From Octopus vulgaris (Eukaryota), in NCBI GenBank assembly GCA_951406725.2, contig OX597830.1, forward strand, positions 16,244,001 to 16,308,000: a stretch of DNA of 64,000 nucleotides. The letters are read 5' to 3'. Below are positions 25,528 through 43,730 of this stretch, in pieces. Positions within the stretch are counted from its first letter, which is position 1, and every line of letters begins with the position of its first letter. The position numbers and the translations under genes were made by a program. The notes beneath the pieces are model-generated. The model was not told the origin of the DNA, searched no databases, and saw only the letters and a program-made list of their open reading frames with translations.

Positions 25528-26056
25528 ATAATATATATATTATGTCTGTGTGTGTCGATCTGAAATTTAGTATATAGCTATACAAATGGGTTCAACTATT
25601 ACACATGCGCAAACACTCACACACACATATTACAACCATTCTATTCTCGCACCTTATTAATTGCCCTCGCAATTTTTTTTTTTTTTTACTTTTTTACATT
25701 TACATCTGTGTTAGTCTCCATTTGCATTTCGGAGTGGTTATTCTCTCTTCAGCAACAGGAACTATTTCAGGCCATTCATTTATATACGTCCATATATATT
25801 TTATATAATAACAAAATAATAAATAAAACATATGCATATATACATACATATATGTACGTACCTACCTCTACATGTATATATACATGCATATATGGGTACA
25901 GGACACAAAAAAAAACGTCGAACACAATGAGAAACGAAAACATAAAAACAAAACCAAGGAAACGGACATTTTTTTTTAACAACGAAAAAACAGAGTGCAA
26001 GACATGTGTGTATAAATAATACACGTGAATGTGTACGCACGCGCGATTGTGTGTGT

Positions 26057-26149
<93 letters not shown>

Positions 26150-26324
26150 ATCAAAAGTTGACAGTCTTTCAACAGTTGCTATAAAAATATTTATCCACTC
26201 AACCCAGTATATTGTGTTCGATATCAGATAATGTTTGCACTATGTAAAATGTATTTTAATACGCTTTGCAACTCTTACAAGATATACATACATACATACA
26301 TACATACATACATACATACATACA

Positions 26325-26360
<36 letters not shown>

Positions 26361-26391
26361 TATATATGTTTATATATGTATATATATATAT

Positions 26392-26429
<38 letters not shown>

Positions 26430-26503
26430 TATATATGTATGTATATATATATATGTTTATATATGTATATATATATGTATGTATATATATGTATATATAT
26501 GCA

Positions 26504-26567
<64 letters not shown>

Positions 26568-27195
26568 CATATATATATATATACATACATATATGTATTT
26601 TTATGTATATGTATATATGTAAGTGGGTTACATATTTGTTGAAGCATTCACATCTGCGTTTGTAACTCAGTATTTTTCATTTCTTTGGCATGATTTTTTT
26701 TTTCTTCTTCAATTCCATAGCAACTCTTAGTTATGTCCCATTAAATTCGCTTTCCTGCTTTTCCTTTTACTCTTAAAAACAGTATATCACTTCTGTAGAC
26801 TAAAAGCCATCTTCCTATCTTTTTTTCTCTTATACTGAACTGTTACATCCTCACCTTAGTAAGTACATTCTTAAGCATATGATCACAATACCATGGATTC
26901 TTCTCTGTATATGCATCTATTTATTCTCAGTAATCTAAGGCATTATGCTAATTTATTTATTATATTCAGGAATAAATTTTCTTCACGTTATTCAAATCAG
27001 AAGATTAATGTTGCTATTCTATCACCACCCACGTCCTTTAAAATTACTCCATTCCTTTCCTCAATCCAACAACCCCAGACGTTCGTGTTACTTACAGAAT
27101 TCTAAAAAATTTATCCAAAATTACAATATAATTTACCTCTTTCCCAAAATATCTTTATTCATATTCTCTCAAAATATTGGAATTATTCATTACAA

Positions 27196-27244
<49 letters not shown>

Positions 27245-27363
27245 ATATATATATATACTGGTTACCAGTTCAAATATAATTGAGCTATTCACTCTATTTT
27301 GTCTTGGAAAACATTTTTTGCTGTCGACAAATAGGTTTAAATAATACACTATCGTCTACGGAA

Positions 27364-27413
27364 TGTGGGATGCAAGCATTTCGGAGTGGTTATTCTCTCT
27401 TCAGCAACAGAGA
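27364..27413 (-). ncRNA. Type I hammerhead-ribozyme-like motif in a 292-bp repeat unit
   Basis: Reverse strand: CTGTTG-CTGAAGA-GAGAATAACCACTCC-GAAA-TGCTTGCA-TC|CCACA. The conserved CUGANGA and GAAA cores, stem III (ATGC/GCAT) and an AUC cleavage triplet are present. Stems I and II are imperfect. Confidence 0.55.
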
Positions 27414-27579
27414 CCGGAAAAGCAGATGAAGCGGACTGACATGAGAGACAGATCCCTCTTATGATGTTCCCACCATCGCTCATTTCTGCGGTTCACTATA
27501 AATAAAATACGGGGTAAAAGTACTTAGCAGTAATGTGTATAAATACAAAATTGTTACCAGTTTAAATATACTTGAGGCA

Positions 27580-27905
27580 TAAAGGCAGTGCTCCAGTATG
27601 GCCGCAGTCAAATGAATTAAGCAAGTATATGAATAAAGGAATATGTGTGTGTGCATGTGTGTATATGTGTGTGCGCGCGTGTGTGTATTACTTGTTTCAG
27701 TCGTTACAAAGACTGCGGCCATTCTGGGATACCGCCCTGAAGAGTTTTAGTCGAATGAATTAACACCCAATACCTATTTGCTTTAAGTCGAATACTTATT
27801 TTATCGATTGCTTTCGTGAAAGTGCTAACTTATAGGGACATAAACAAACCAACCTCTGTTATCAAGCGGCAGTGTAGGGGCAAACACAAATACAAAGACA
27901 TACAT
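27580..27905. mobile_element. Degenerate family-A SINE fragments in opposite orientations
   Basis: ggcagtgctccagtatggccgcagtcaaatga (+), followed by ttacttgtttcagtc...ctgcggccattctgg...gctaacttatagggacataaac (-). Confidence 0.6.
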
Positions 27906-28461
27906 ACACACTCATTCGTGTATATATTTCTAGTCATCTTTTCAAAAATATATACACACACACACACATACACATCAGAATAGGGGTATTTGTAAAATAA
28001 GTTAATGTATTCATACTCCTGGTGTCTTTTAGCGGTACATTATGCGCGCGATTAGACTCAGAGACTTTGTGAGGAACCCATTGACCCAATGTGCTGACTT
28101 TTCTGATGGTATACAGGTGACGATGACTGGTTGAATGACCAAATCCAAGCTAGTTCCGCCAGGGTTTTCAGGACGTCCTCGTCGCGCTCTACAGATCTTT
28201 CTGGACGAGGCTCGTATTCTAGGCTGTAGTTTCCGGCTTGGGATTTCTAGAACCACCGTTAACACTAGCTTGCGCTTATTGTCCGATCCAAAACTGTCTA
28301 AATACAATATTGTATAAATATATAAATGCATATAATTTTTCATATCTATATTATGACAATATTGTTGCAATATTCGGCACTTTGTGTCAAAACGATTTTT
28401 ATATATCAAAACATCCAGCGTTGTATATATTACATAACACACACACACACACACATATATG

Positions 28462-28512
<51 letters not shown>

Positions 28513-28979
28513 GTTTGATACCTATGTATGTGAATGTATCTGTGTGTGTGTGTGTGTGTGTGTAAATGATGACCAGTGATCCAATATAATGCCAGATATC
28601 TCACATAAATATATCATTTATTCATTGCAATTACACAGAACACATAGCAAACTCCATTAATTTTCCTATTTTCCTATTTCCAGTGATTTTATTTTCGGAA
28701 CCAAACGGTATAAAATATTATTACGGGAAGCCATGTGCAAACACATTTATGAATATTATGGTTCATTATGCATTGCATCGCCGTACCTTCTTGACAATCC
28801 CAAGCAGACAGCTACAGCAAATTAATACGTAGCACAGGCTTCGAGTAATAACAACATAATGATATATAACAGAACATACATACATACATACATACATACA
28901 TACATACATACATACATACATACATACATACATACATACATACATACGGCTGGCTGGATGGATGGATGTATATATGCAA

Positions 28980-29164
<185 letters not shown>

Positions 29165-29165
29165 C

Positions 29166-29300
<135 letters not shown>

Positions 29301-29305
29301 CATAC

Positions 29306-29368
<63 letters not shown>

Positions 29369-29808
29369 TATATGTATGTATGTATATACGCATACTGTGG
29401 TCTCGTTGCTAATCAGTAACTATCACTAGTTATCAGAGACGTATTGAAATTAACCGAAATGTAATGTTCATCAACTATATAATCTACACATATAAATTTA
29501 TGGAACTTTACATCAAAGAAGGTGTCTAACTTGTCTAATCAGCATAATGCATACATATGTGTGTGTGTGTACGTGTGTGTTTGTGTGTGTGTGTGTGTAG
29601 GTGTGAGCAATTTTGTACGTCTGAGAATGTGTGTGCGTCTGTGCATGGATGTATGCGCATTTGATATGTGTGCCTATGTGCAGGCGAGTATGTGCAAATA
29701 TGTATGTGCGTGTGTGTGTGCGTGTGTGTGTATGTGTGTGCGTGTGTGTATGTGTGAATCATGATTTGTCTTTATATACACTTAAACATCAGGATATTTA
29801 TATGTAAT

Positions 29809-29850
<42 letters not shown>

Positions 29851-29852
<2 letters not shown>

Positions 29853-30082
29853 CGCAATGGCCCAGTGGTTAGGGCAGCGGACTTGCGGTCGGAGGATCGC
29901 GGTTTCGATTCCCAGACCGGGCGTTGTGTGTGTTTATTGAGCGAAAACACCTAAAAGCTCCACGAGGCTCCGGCAGGGGATGGTGGTGATCCCTGCTGTA
30001 CTCTTTCACCACTCTAAAGGCGGTGCTCCAGCATGGCCGCAGTCAAATGACTGAAACAAGTAAAAAAAAAAAAAAAAAAAAA
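29851..30082 (+). mobile_element. Chimeric SINE: family-B 5' half fused to family-A 3' end with poly(A)
   Basis: B head and body to ...ctctttcaccac (30012), then ctaaaggcggtgctccagcatggccgcagtcaaatgactgaaacaagt plus an A-run. Confidence 0.85.
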
Positions 30083-30356
30083 TACACACACACACACACA
30101 CTACATACATGTATACACAAACACACACACACACACACAATATCAGATGTTTATTCACACTGGTGAGTGTGTATGCATGCTTCAGCACAAAACGTTGTGC
30201 AAACAAGAAGGAAAGATAACATTGAATACTAAATGTAGAGGCGTCTTATATCTGCGAATTCTTGTTGGCGCGGTTTCCCGTTTTCAATTTTCTGAAGATC
30301 ACAAACATGAAACTTGGAGTAACTTTTACCGAAGTTTTCAGCTTCTAATACTCACA

Positions 30357-30388
<32 letters not shown>

Positions 30389-30765
30389 TACACACACACA
30401 CACACACACACATACATACATACATACATACATACAGACAAACACACAAGCACATACATACATACATACATACAAACACACACAAATACATACATACATA
30501 CATACACACAAACACACACACATACATACATACATACATACACACACACATACACACATACATACATACATACATACATACACACATACATACATACATA
30601 CACACAAACACACACACACGTACATACATACATACATACATACATACATACATGCATACATACCTACATACATACACACACACATATACACACACACACA
30701 TACATACATATATATATACATACATACACAAACACACACACACACACATATATACAAACACACAT

Positions 30766-30800
<35 letters not shown>

Positions 30801-31272
30801 TACATACACACACACACACATACATACATACATACATACATACATACATACACACAAATACTCACACACATACATACATACAAAAAGCTAATCAATCTTT
30901 ATTTCTTTTTTTCCAGATAACTTCATTTTTCCGAGAGACAGAAAAACACGATGCTGCTGCTTACATCAACGTACCTTGACAACCAGAACTTTAGGAATGG
31001 ATTTCCCCCCATGACTGGCATAATTTTGACAATTATGCCTCTTTACCAATATTCTTTATAGTTACAGTTATGATCTTTGTGTTCTGTACTTTTGAGGCTC
31101 TCGAGACAAATTTAAGATAAGGATCTTCTCAGATAGGCAACAGGGCATCTTCTTTGCCCAGTGCTCCATGTTCTCTCTTCATAGTTCTCCTACACTTTAA
31201 TTATTTGAAGCAACAGAGCACTTGTCAACTACTCCAATTGGCTTCTGACCTCTAGGTACTTTGACGCCCCTG

Positions 31273-31366
31273 ACAATTGCATCTTTGACAAAGAGGCAGC
31301 TCCTACAATTGCATCTTTGACAAAGAGGCAGCTCCTACAATTGCATCTTTGACAAAGAGGCGGCTC
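31273..31366. repeat. 32-bp tandem repeat, three copies
   Basis: ACAATTGCATCTTTGACAAAGAGGCAGCTCCT starting at 31273, 31305 and 31337. Confidence 0.95.
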
Positions 31367-33742
31367 TTGGACCTGCTAGAAACAGCAGCAAAATTTCTCT
31401 CAAGTTACACCCCACGTCTTATACAAAGTGAAAACAAGAAATGTCATATTGGATTATATAGTTTGAGAAACAACTTCTGAGAAGACGAGACAGTCATGGC
31501 TGGAATGCCTGTAATTATATATTTGTTCACTGATGGCTCAACTGGAGTTAATTATATTTGAAAGCGAGCCAAAGAAGGACACTTATCGGTCTCCGGAACT
31601 GAAAGAAATAACAGCCAAATTTCCTTCAACTCAGTTACAGGCGTCTTAACAAGGGTCACGTTGGTTAATGTAATCTGCAGTACACTATGACAGAAAAATG
31701 GGATGGCCATTACTGGATCATAGATATGCTCAATCAGCAATTATGTTGAGAGCTAAACATTGTTATTATATAACAATTACAGCGTGTGATATTCATTTTA
31801 GCCATTTAAGAACACACTTCGTTTAACTCAGCCGTCTCTCACAGTCGAACATAATTTGATAGCAGCATGAATCATGGCTTTACTCATGTTTTTTTTTCGT
31901 GGTTGTCTAGTTGCTCCCGACCTTCGCACTCTTGACCCCGGCTGAACCTCAAAGACTAGAAGAGAGAGGGGAGAAGAGAAGAGGATGGGGAGAAAGAGAG
32001 ATTTCACACTAGTAATTGGTACTTCGACCGGTATTTTATTTTATCGACTCTGGAAGAACGAAAGGCAAAATTGAATTTATCACGATACGAACTCACAGCG
32101 TAGTGAACCGAAACAAAATCCGACTCACTCTCTGACAATTCTGCCAATCTATCGTCCTAGGCTGGTACTTTGTTGACACTGGAACGACGGGAAGTAAACT
32201 TTTAACTTGGCGAGATTTGAAGTCTGAACGTAAAAGAAAAAAAAAAAACGGAACAAATAGTGCAAAGCATTTTATCTGACACTTGCTCAAATCTGCCAAT
32301 TCACTGCCTCTTAATATTACAGTCTATTATGAAGAGTAATAATGCTTCGTTGCTCTTCTACAGCGTGGTCCCTGACACAGCAATTCTATTGTTATTATAT
32401 ACACAACAGCAATATATTCGGTGTCTTTGACTTGTTCAAGTTTGACAGCAACAACTTTGACATATCGTGATCAAATTTAACATCAACACGCGTGCATCTA
32501 AATTGATATCAGTTCTCCACGATGAAAGCTTCGCTTCTGTGTGGGCGATTGATCTACAAAAAATAGCAGCCAAATCTTCCAAACATTTTAGAAAAGGGCG
32601 ATTTGGATAATGTGATCCTAGATGTTGTGTCTGTAAAACAAAACAGACGAGAAAGTCATGGCTGGAGATTTTTTGAAGATAGGTGTGACCTGGGTTAATA
32701 GCTGCTAAAAGAGAAGATTGTACTCGGTCACACGACCAGCTAGAACTATCCACCAAATTCCTCTCAGACCAAATCTCGCTGTTTCTTTAAAAAGAATGCA
32801 CTGAATAATGAAGAAATCGAAGTAAAATGTAAGATGGTCACGGACGGAATGCCTTTGGTCATAGGTCTGCTTGCTTAGAGATCACTCAGGACTAAACAAA
32901 CAACAAAAATGCCAGCTCAGTGTGTGACATCCGTGCACTTCCACCGCTGTTATTCATATCATTATAGCTTGACCTCTGTTAGTTGCGACATATATTCACT
33001 TTGACCTCTTTCATTCATGACATGAGTTTACGTTGACCTCTGTTATCCATGACCTCTAGAGTCTTTACCTTATGTTATCTAACACATCTATTTACCTTTG
33101 CATCTGTTATCTAAATCAGTTGATTAAGTATATTTTATTAGCTTCAAACTAATGACATCCATATCTTTGGCCACTTATGTACTTGATATCTACGTGACTG
33201 ATATTTATGTTTTTATAACTACGTCCCTATCACACACACAGACACACATACACAAACACACCTACATACACACATAAATATATTGCCAATATATATATAT
33301 ATTCAACATACAATATATGGATTTCACTAATCCGGAGGTATTCATAAAAAAAAAATCTCCTTGGTGTATCACGCTACTAATCACATAGAATGTAGAGTCC
33401 GATACAATAGAAAAACATTAGGAGTGTATAAATTATAAATAAAGAGAGGAATCTTCGAAACAATTGTAGATTGGTTACGGATATCCCAATGGTAAAATAG
33501 ATTTTATTCATCATATATCTCTTCTTTTATTTATAATGCATACATATATATATATATAAGAGATAATGGTGTCATTGAGACCCAAAGGTGTCAGGTAATG
33601 CTGAATAAGTGCTATGGATAAACCATAGTTAAGTTCCAGATTCGGTAATTTTGCGAATAAGGGGTTCAACGTTGGTTATATGTCAGCGTGTGTTTATAAG
33701 AATTTTGGGGGTAATGAGATAAAAATTCTCATATATATATAG

Positions 33743-33836
<94 letters not shown>

Positions 33837-34671
33837 ATGTATAATTTACGTTATTGACATCACCTTCATTGAACCTTTATATATTTTGACCCCTGCATTC
33901 TTGCCATCTTTGCTCTTCATGTGTATTTCAACATCTACGTCCGTGACATTGAGATTAATGACGTAATTTAAAATGTCAAACACAAATCGTATCAAACGCA
34001 TCGGTGTCACCATCTTGCATATTTTTGACATGCATGTATGTCATTTGACATCGATGTCTTTCATATGCATATTTTTCATGTCAATATCTTTGCCACCTAT
34101 TCCCTTTTTTTAAGTTTATCTCAATAGATTTCCGATAGACTTCAAAAGCAGCACTACAAGTTTCGGAAACGACGTTTCGGAAACGAATACGCCTTAGTAA
34201 ACAACTTGATTAAAGATAGAAAAATATAGGTAATGGTTGTATATGCATATTTCAAGAAGTTCCCATCTACGTCTTTGACATGTTTTTGGCGGCAATGTTT
34301 TCAACATATACATCTTCGATAATTAATGTCTGATGAGTGTGCCAAAGACATGCATATCTTTGACATGTATATCCTTGGCATTATTACTATGATATACGTA
34401 CGTCACATCTTTGACATCTATAGCTTTGACATATACGCTTTTTGACAGGTATATGCCTTATCTTTCACATATATGTGTTTGACATCATACATACATACAT
34501 TCATATACACACACATACATACTTACACACATACATATATACATGCATACATACATACATACATACATACATACAAACAAACAAACATACATACATACAT
34601 ACATACATACATACATACATACATACATACATACATACATACATACATACATACATACATACATACATACA

Positions 34672-34704
<33 letters not shown>

Positions 34705-36419
34705 GTCTTTACCCGGTATGCCTTTTGAAATTTCTGTTTTCGACATCAATATCTTTGGAATATGTCTTTGATAGATATATCTTTCATTCTCCACATGTAG
34801 AGCTTTCCAGTGTATAATCATTTACTTAAAGACTGTAGGAAACACGTGCCAATATTCTTGGGCATGTTGAAGTAAAGATGGAAGAAACTACAGCTCTGAC
34901 CACAGCCCTCGCCTAATTGCTTGCGACAGAATTGACTCCACTAAAGACACCCTACCCTATAACCAACTGGTGGTGTTAATCTGGACAACTAATGAAGTCT
35001 CCCATCCAATTATAATTACAGGTTATACAAATTTTATTCAGGATACTGTTCAACATAAAATAACGATAGAAGAAGCTGAATGTGCAATACAATTAGATTG
35101 AAGTCGAAACCCCGTGATCGCGTAGCAGACTTTTTAACCACATACTGTTATATCTGCATATTATTTTCCTTGGCATCAATAAATTTCCCATCTAAACCAT
35201 TGGCCTCTAGGTATTTCTCATTTCGGAATCGGCAGCTAGATTTTTGATCTAGTCATCTTTGATGTATCTTAACTCTTTCTATGTAGCTGTGACTCCGACA
35301 GTCACGTGTTATATATTTTGACTTACGGCAGTCAATGTTAAGAATGTCTTCAGCATTCATAACATTCGTGTCTCTGGCATAATTATATTTCCGACCGTTG
35401 ACATTTCAACAACTCAGAAATCTTCAATCTCTTAAATACCGCTGACACATGTCGTTCCCTTTTAAATATACATCCTATTTTATACACCAACCAATTTCAG
35501 CGCCTTCGCAAATGTGTATGTTTACGAGAACGATCAAATATCATTTCTGCTTTATGATGTATTGTAAATGAAACATTCCTTGGTCGAACAGCCTCGAGCG
35601 TTGCTAATGTTGTTAAGCACAGTTCCCAGATACTGAAATATCTGAGAACTAATGCCGACCAATATTAGTTATAATCGACACTGGTCGATTCGTAGATTCG
35701 GTAGAGAACTGGCCAAACTATCGGGTGGCATCTAGTAACTTCTTTTTTACATTCTAAGTTCAATAATCACTGAGATCAAATTTGCCTTTCATCCTTTCGT
35801 TGTCGATACAATAAATACCAGTGAAAAACTAAGAATCATTATAATCAGATTTCCTCGCTCCCTCTCTTAAGTTTGGCCGTGTAGCCATGTTAGAACTATA
35901 TAATGGACATTATCGTTCGCTTCACCACAAATATTACAAGTACTTCAGTGCTATTTGCCATTTTTTCATTCATACCTTATAAAAATATATATATACAGAC
36001 ACAAAGATATAGTCTATGTGTATATGGACGTGTGCAAAAGAGTGTGTACGTGTGCGCATGTTTGTGTATACGCACGCGTGCTTGCTTGCGCGTGCATGCG
36101 TGTGTCGTCCCCGTTTACACCTCTCTGGTTAGAATGATGCGTCTCTTTATAACACAACCATTGACGAGCTGATATGGAGATCCGGGTTGTCAGTGGTTGT
36201 CATTGGAAGGAACCCCCAGAAATCACTAACCAACAATCATGTCAGTGCGATCAAGAAGAATGCACAGCAATATACGATTTGCCCTGGCTGATCTTCAGAA
36301 CAGAAACACCAAAAAGTGGGCAAGCAGTGTCTGTACTGAAACACGAACTTGCAATCCAGAAATCATGACTCCAGTACCTCATTCATTCGGCCACTGTGCC
36401 TCACAACATATTTATTTAT

Positions 36420-38015
<1,596 letters not shown>

Positions 38016-38219
38016 ATATCAACCATGTTTTAAATAGAACATTCTATAGATAAATAAATAAATAAAAGAAAGAAACGAAACAGAAATTGTGTTGTGTATT
38101 TTTCTATTTTTTTATATTTTTATACAATATCTTAATTTTATTGTTTTAAATGTTTATTTTTTTCTTTTTCTTTTTCTTTTTATTTTTATTTTTATTTTTT
38201 CGCTCAAACTTCATCTAAT

Positions 38220-41920
<3,701 letters not shown>

Positions 41921-42769
41921 AACTATCTGCTGTGTCTGTCTGAAGAGAAAATAGCTTGGCAGCCATCTTACATTTGCCAAGTGATAATTTAATTTTTTAA
42001 TATTTTATTCCAACACAAATAAATGTTATCTTATTCGTCACTCGCTTCTCATACAAAATGATTAGTAATTTTAGAAAATTTCTATTCTCACGTTTCGCTT
42101 GGCTTTCAGTAAATCGAATAATTTCTCTACAAGTGTAAACTCAACCCTTTCCCATTGACACAAGTGCGGGTACAATAATTCTATTTACAGTTACATAAAG
42201 CTAAACATAAAACAATATTTCCCGTCCGCCATTTTGCATTTGTGCTTGACATTTGCCATTTTAAATGCAATATAACGTTGATTATAAAACTGGGTGGAAA
42301 TCGTACAAATACTTGAATTTTTTTCCATTCTAAATTTAGTTCCTCACCCGAATCATGCCTGAGTCTATATTGCATTTAATTTTTCTGGGAGTTAATAAAA
42401 GAAAGTAAAAATAAGCATATGGATCCCCATTGGATTCGACGATGAGTAAGTTGTTTATTGTTATTATTGTCACCGTCGCTTTTGCAGTAGTTGTTGTTGT
42501 TCTTCTTCTTCTTCTTCCAATCAGGACTCACGCCAAGCCTACTCTAAGTTACAAAGAATGCATGTGGCAACTTGAAAATCCATCCACCACACGCGATAGA
42601 CTGGCGGCTGCTCGGGCGCGAAAGCTACGTTGTTATCCTCATTCCGTAAACGGTGGCCTTTAACGGGTGGAGAGCTGAACCATCCTGGGGTACAGAGGAT
42701 TCACAATCTAGACTAGGGTCTGAAAGTTTACCACACCATAGTGGGTTACACCATGGTTCCTCTGCTTTT

Positions 42770-42967
42770 TGGCAGAAGTAGAAAGAAAGAGTGGGAGAAA
42801 GTTGTAGTGAAAGAGTACAGCGGAGTTCACCCCAACCCCACGTCAGAGCCTTGTCGAGCTTAGGCGTTTTTGCTCAATAAACACTCACAATTCCTGGTCT
42901 GGGAAACGAAACCGCGTTCTTACGACAGCGAGCCCGTTGCCCTAACCACTGATCCATTGCGCCTCCA
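42770..42967 (-). mobile_element. SINE family-B head, with different downstream sequence from other copies
   Basis: Reverse strand GGAGGCGCAATGGATCAGTGGTTAGGG...GTGTTTATTGAGC...CTGTACTCTTTCACTACAACTTTCTCCCACTC. Confidence 0.8.
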
Positions 42968-43730
42968 CTAGTTGTTGTTGTCGTTCTTTCTGCTGTCACT
43001 CTTGGAACTGTGGTTGTTAATGTCTCATGTATTGCTGCTGTTTTATTTACAGTTAGTTTTATTTATACTTTATCTTGAATGCATTGCTGTTACTATCCAT
43101 TTAGTTCCTTGATCAAATCTGGTCTGAGTCTATTTTTCTATCCGGTCGGGCGTCTTACCAGGTCCAATACAACTCTTCAACGCCATTTGCTCCATTCTTG
43201 CCTAGCAGTCTTCATACTTGTACTTGCGGCGGCGGCATTTATCCGGGGTGGGTTGAGCCGAGTCCGACCAATGAGTTCACCACATCCCCCCTTACGAATG
43301 CAGACTACATCCGACAGTCGGCCCTAACGTTCCATCTTGCCACCGGAAGAGCGAACGTGTCGGATAGCGCCGTGACCGTAGTTGTCATTCATTCTTGGGG
43401 TATAGAGGTCATATTCGGAGTTTCAGCGGAAATACAAGTTCACATGTGATATCCAGTGATCTCCAGTCACATATAACTAATCTTGCCGTTGAGCAATCGA
43501 CCGTTGCAGAGGATTCGCTGACCAAGTCATCGCCGATTATCGAAACAGACGTAGCGTGGGTTTGAAGCGGGTGGTACACATGCTAGTTAACCAATAGCTG
43601 CGACCTTAACAAATGTTACTACTCCGGGTCAGAGTAGACCGGGAAACAATAGTGGCTAAGAGGCGGTTCCACACTCCTCAAAACCCGGAAACTCTCGTCG
43701 TACCAAGTTCTACTACTCGATACGGTTTAA

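Noticed and set aside
31273-31366. CRISPR-like 32-bp palindromic repeats
   Set aside because: The repeats are contiguous with no spacers, there are no cas genes, and the context is eukaryotic.
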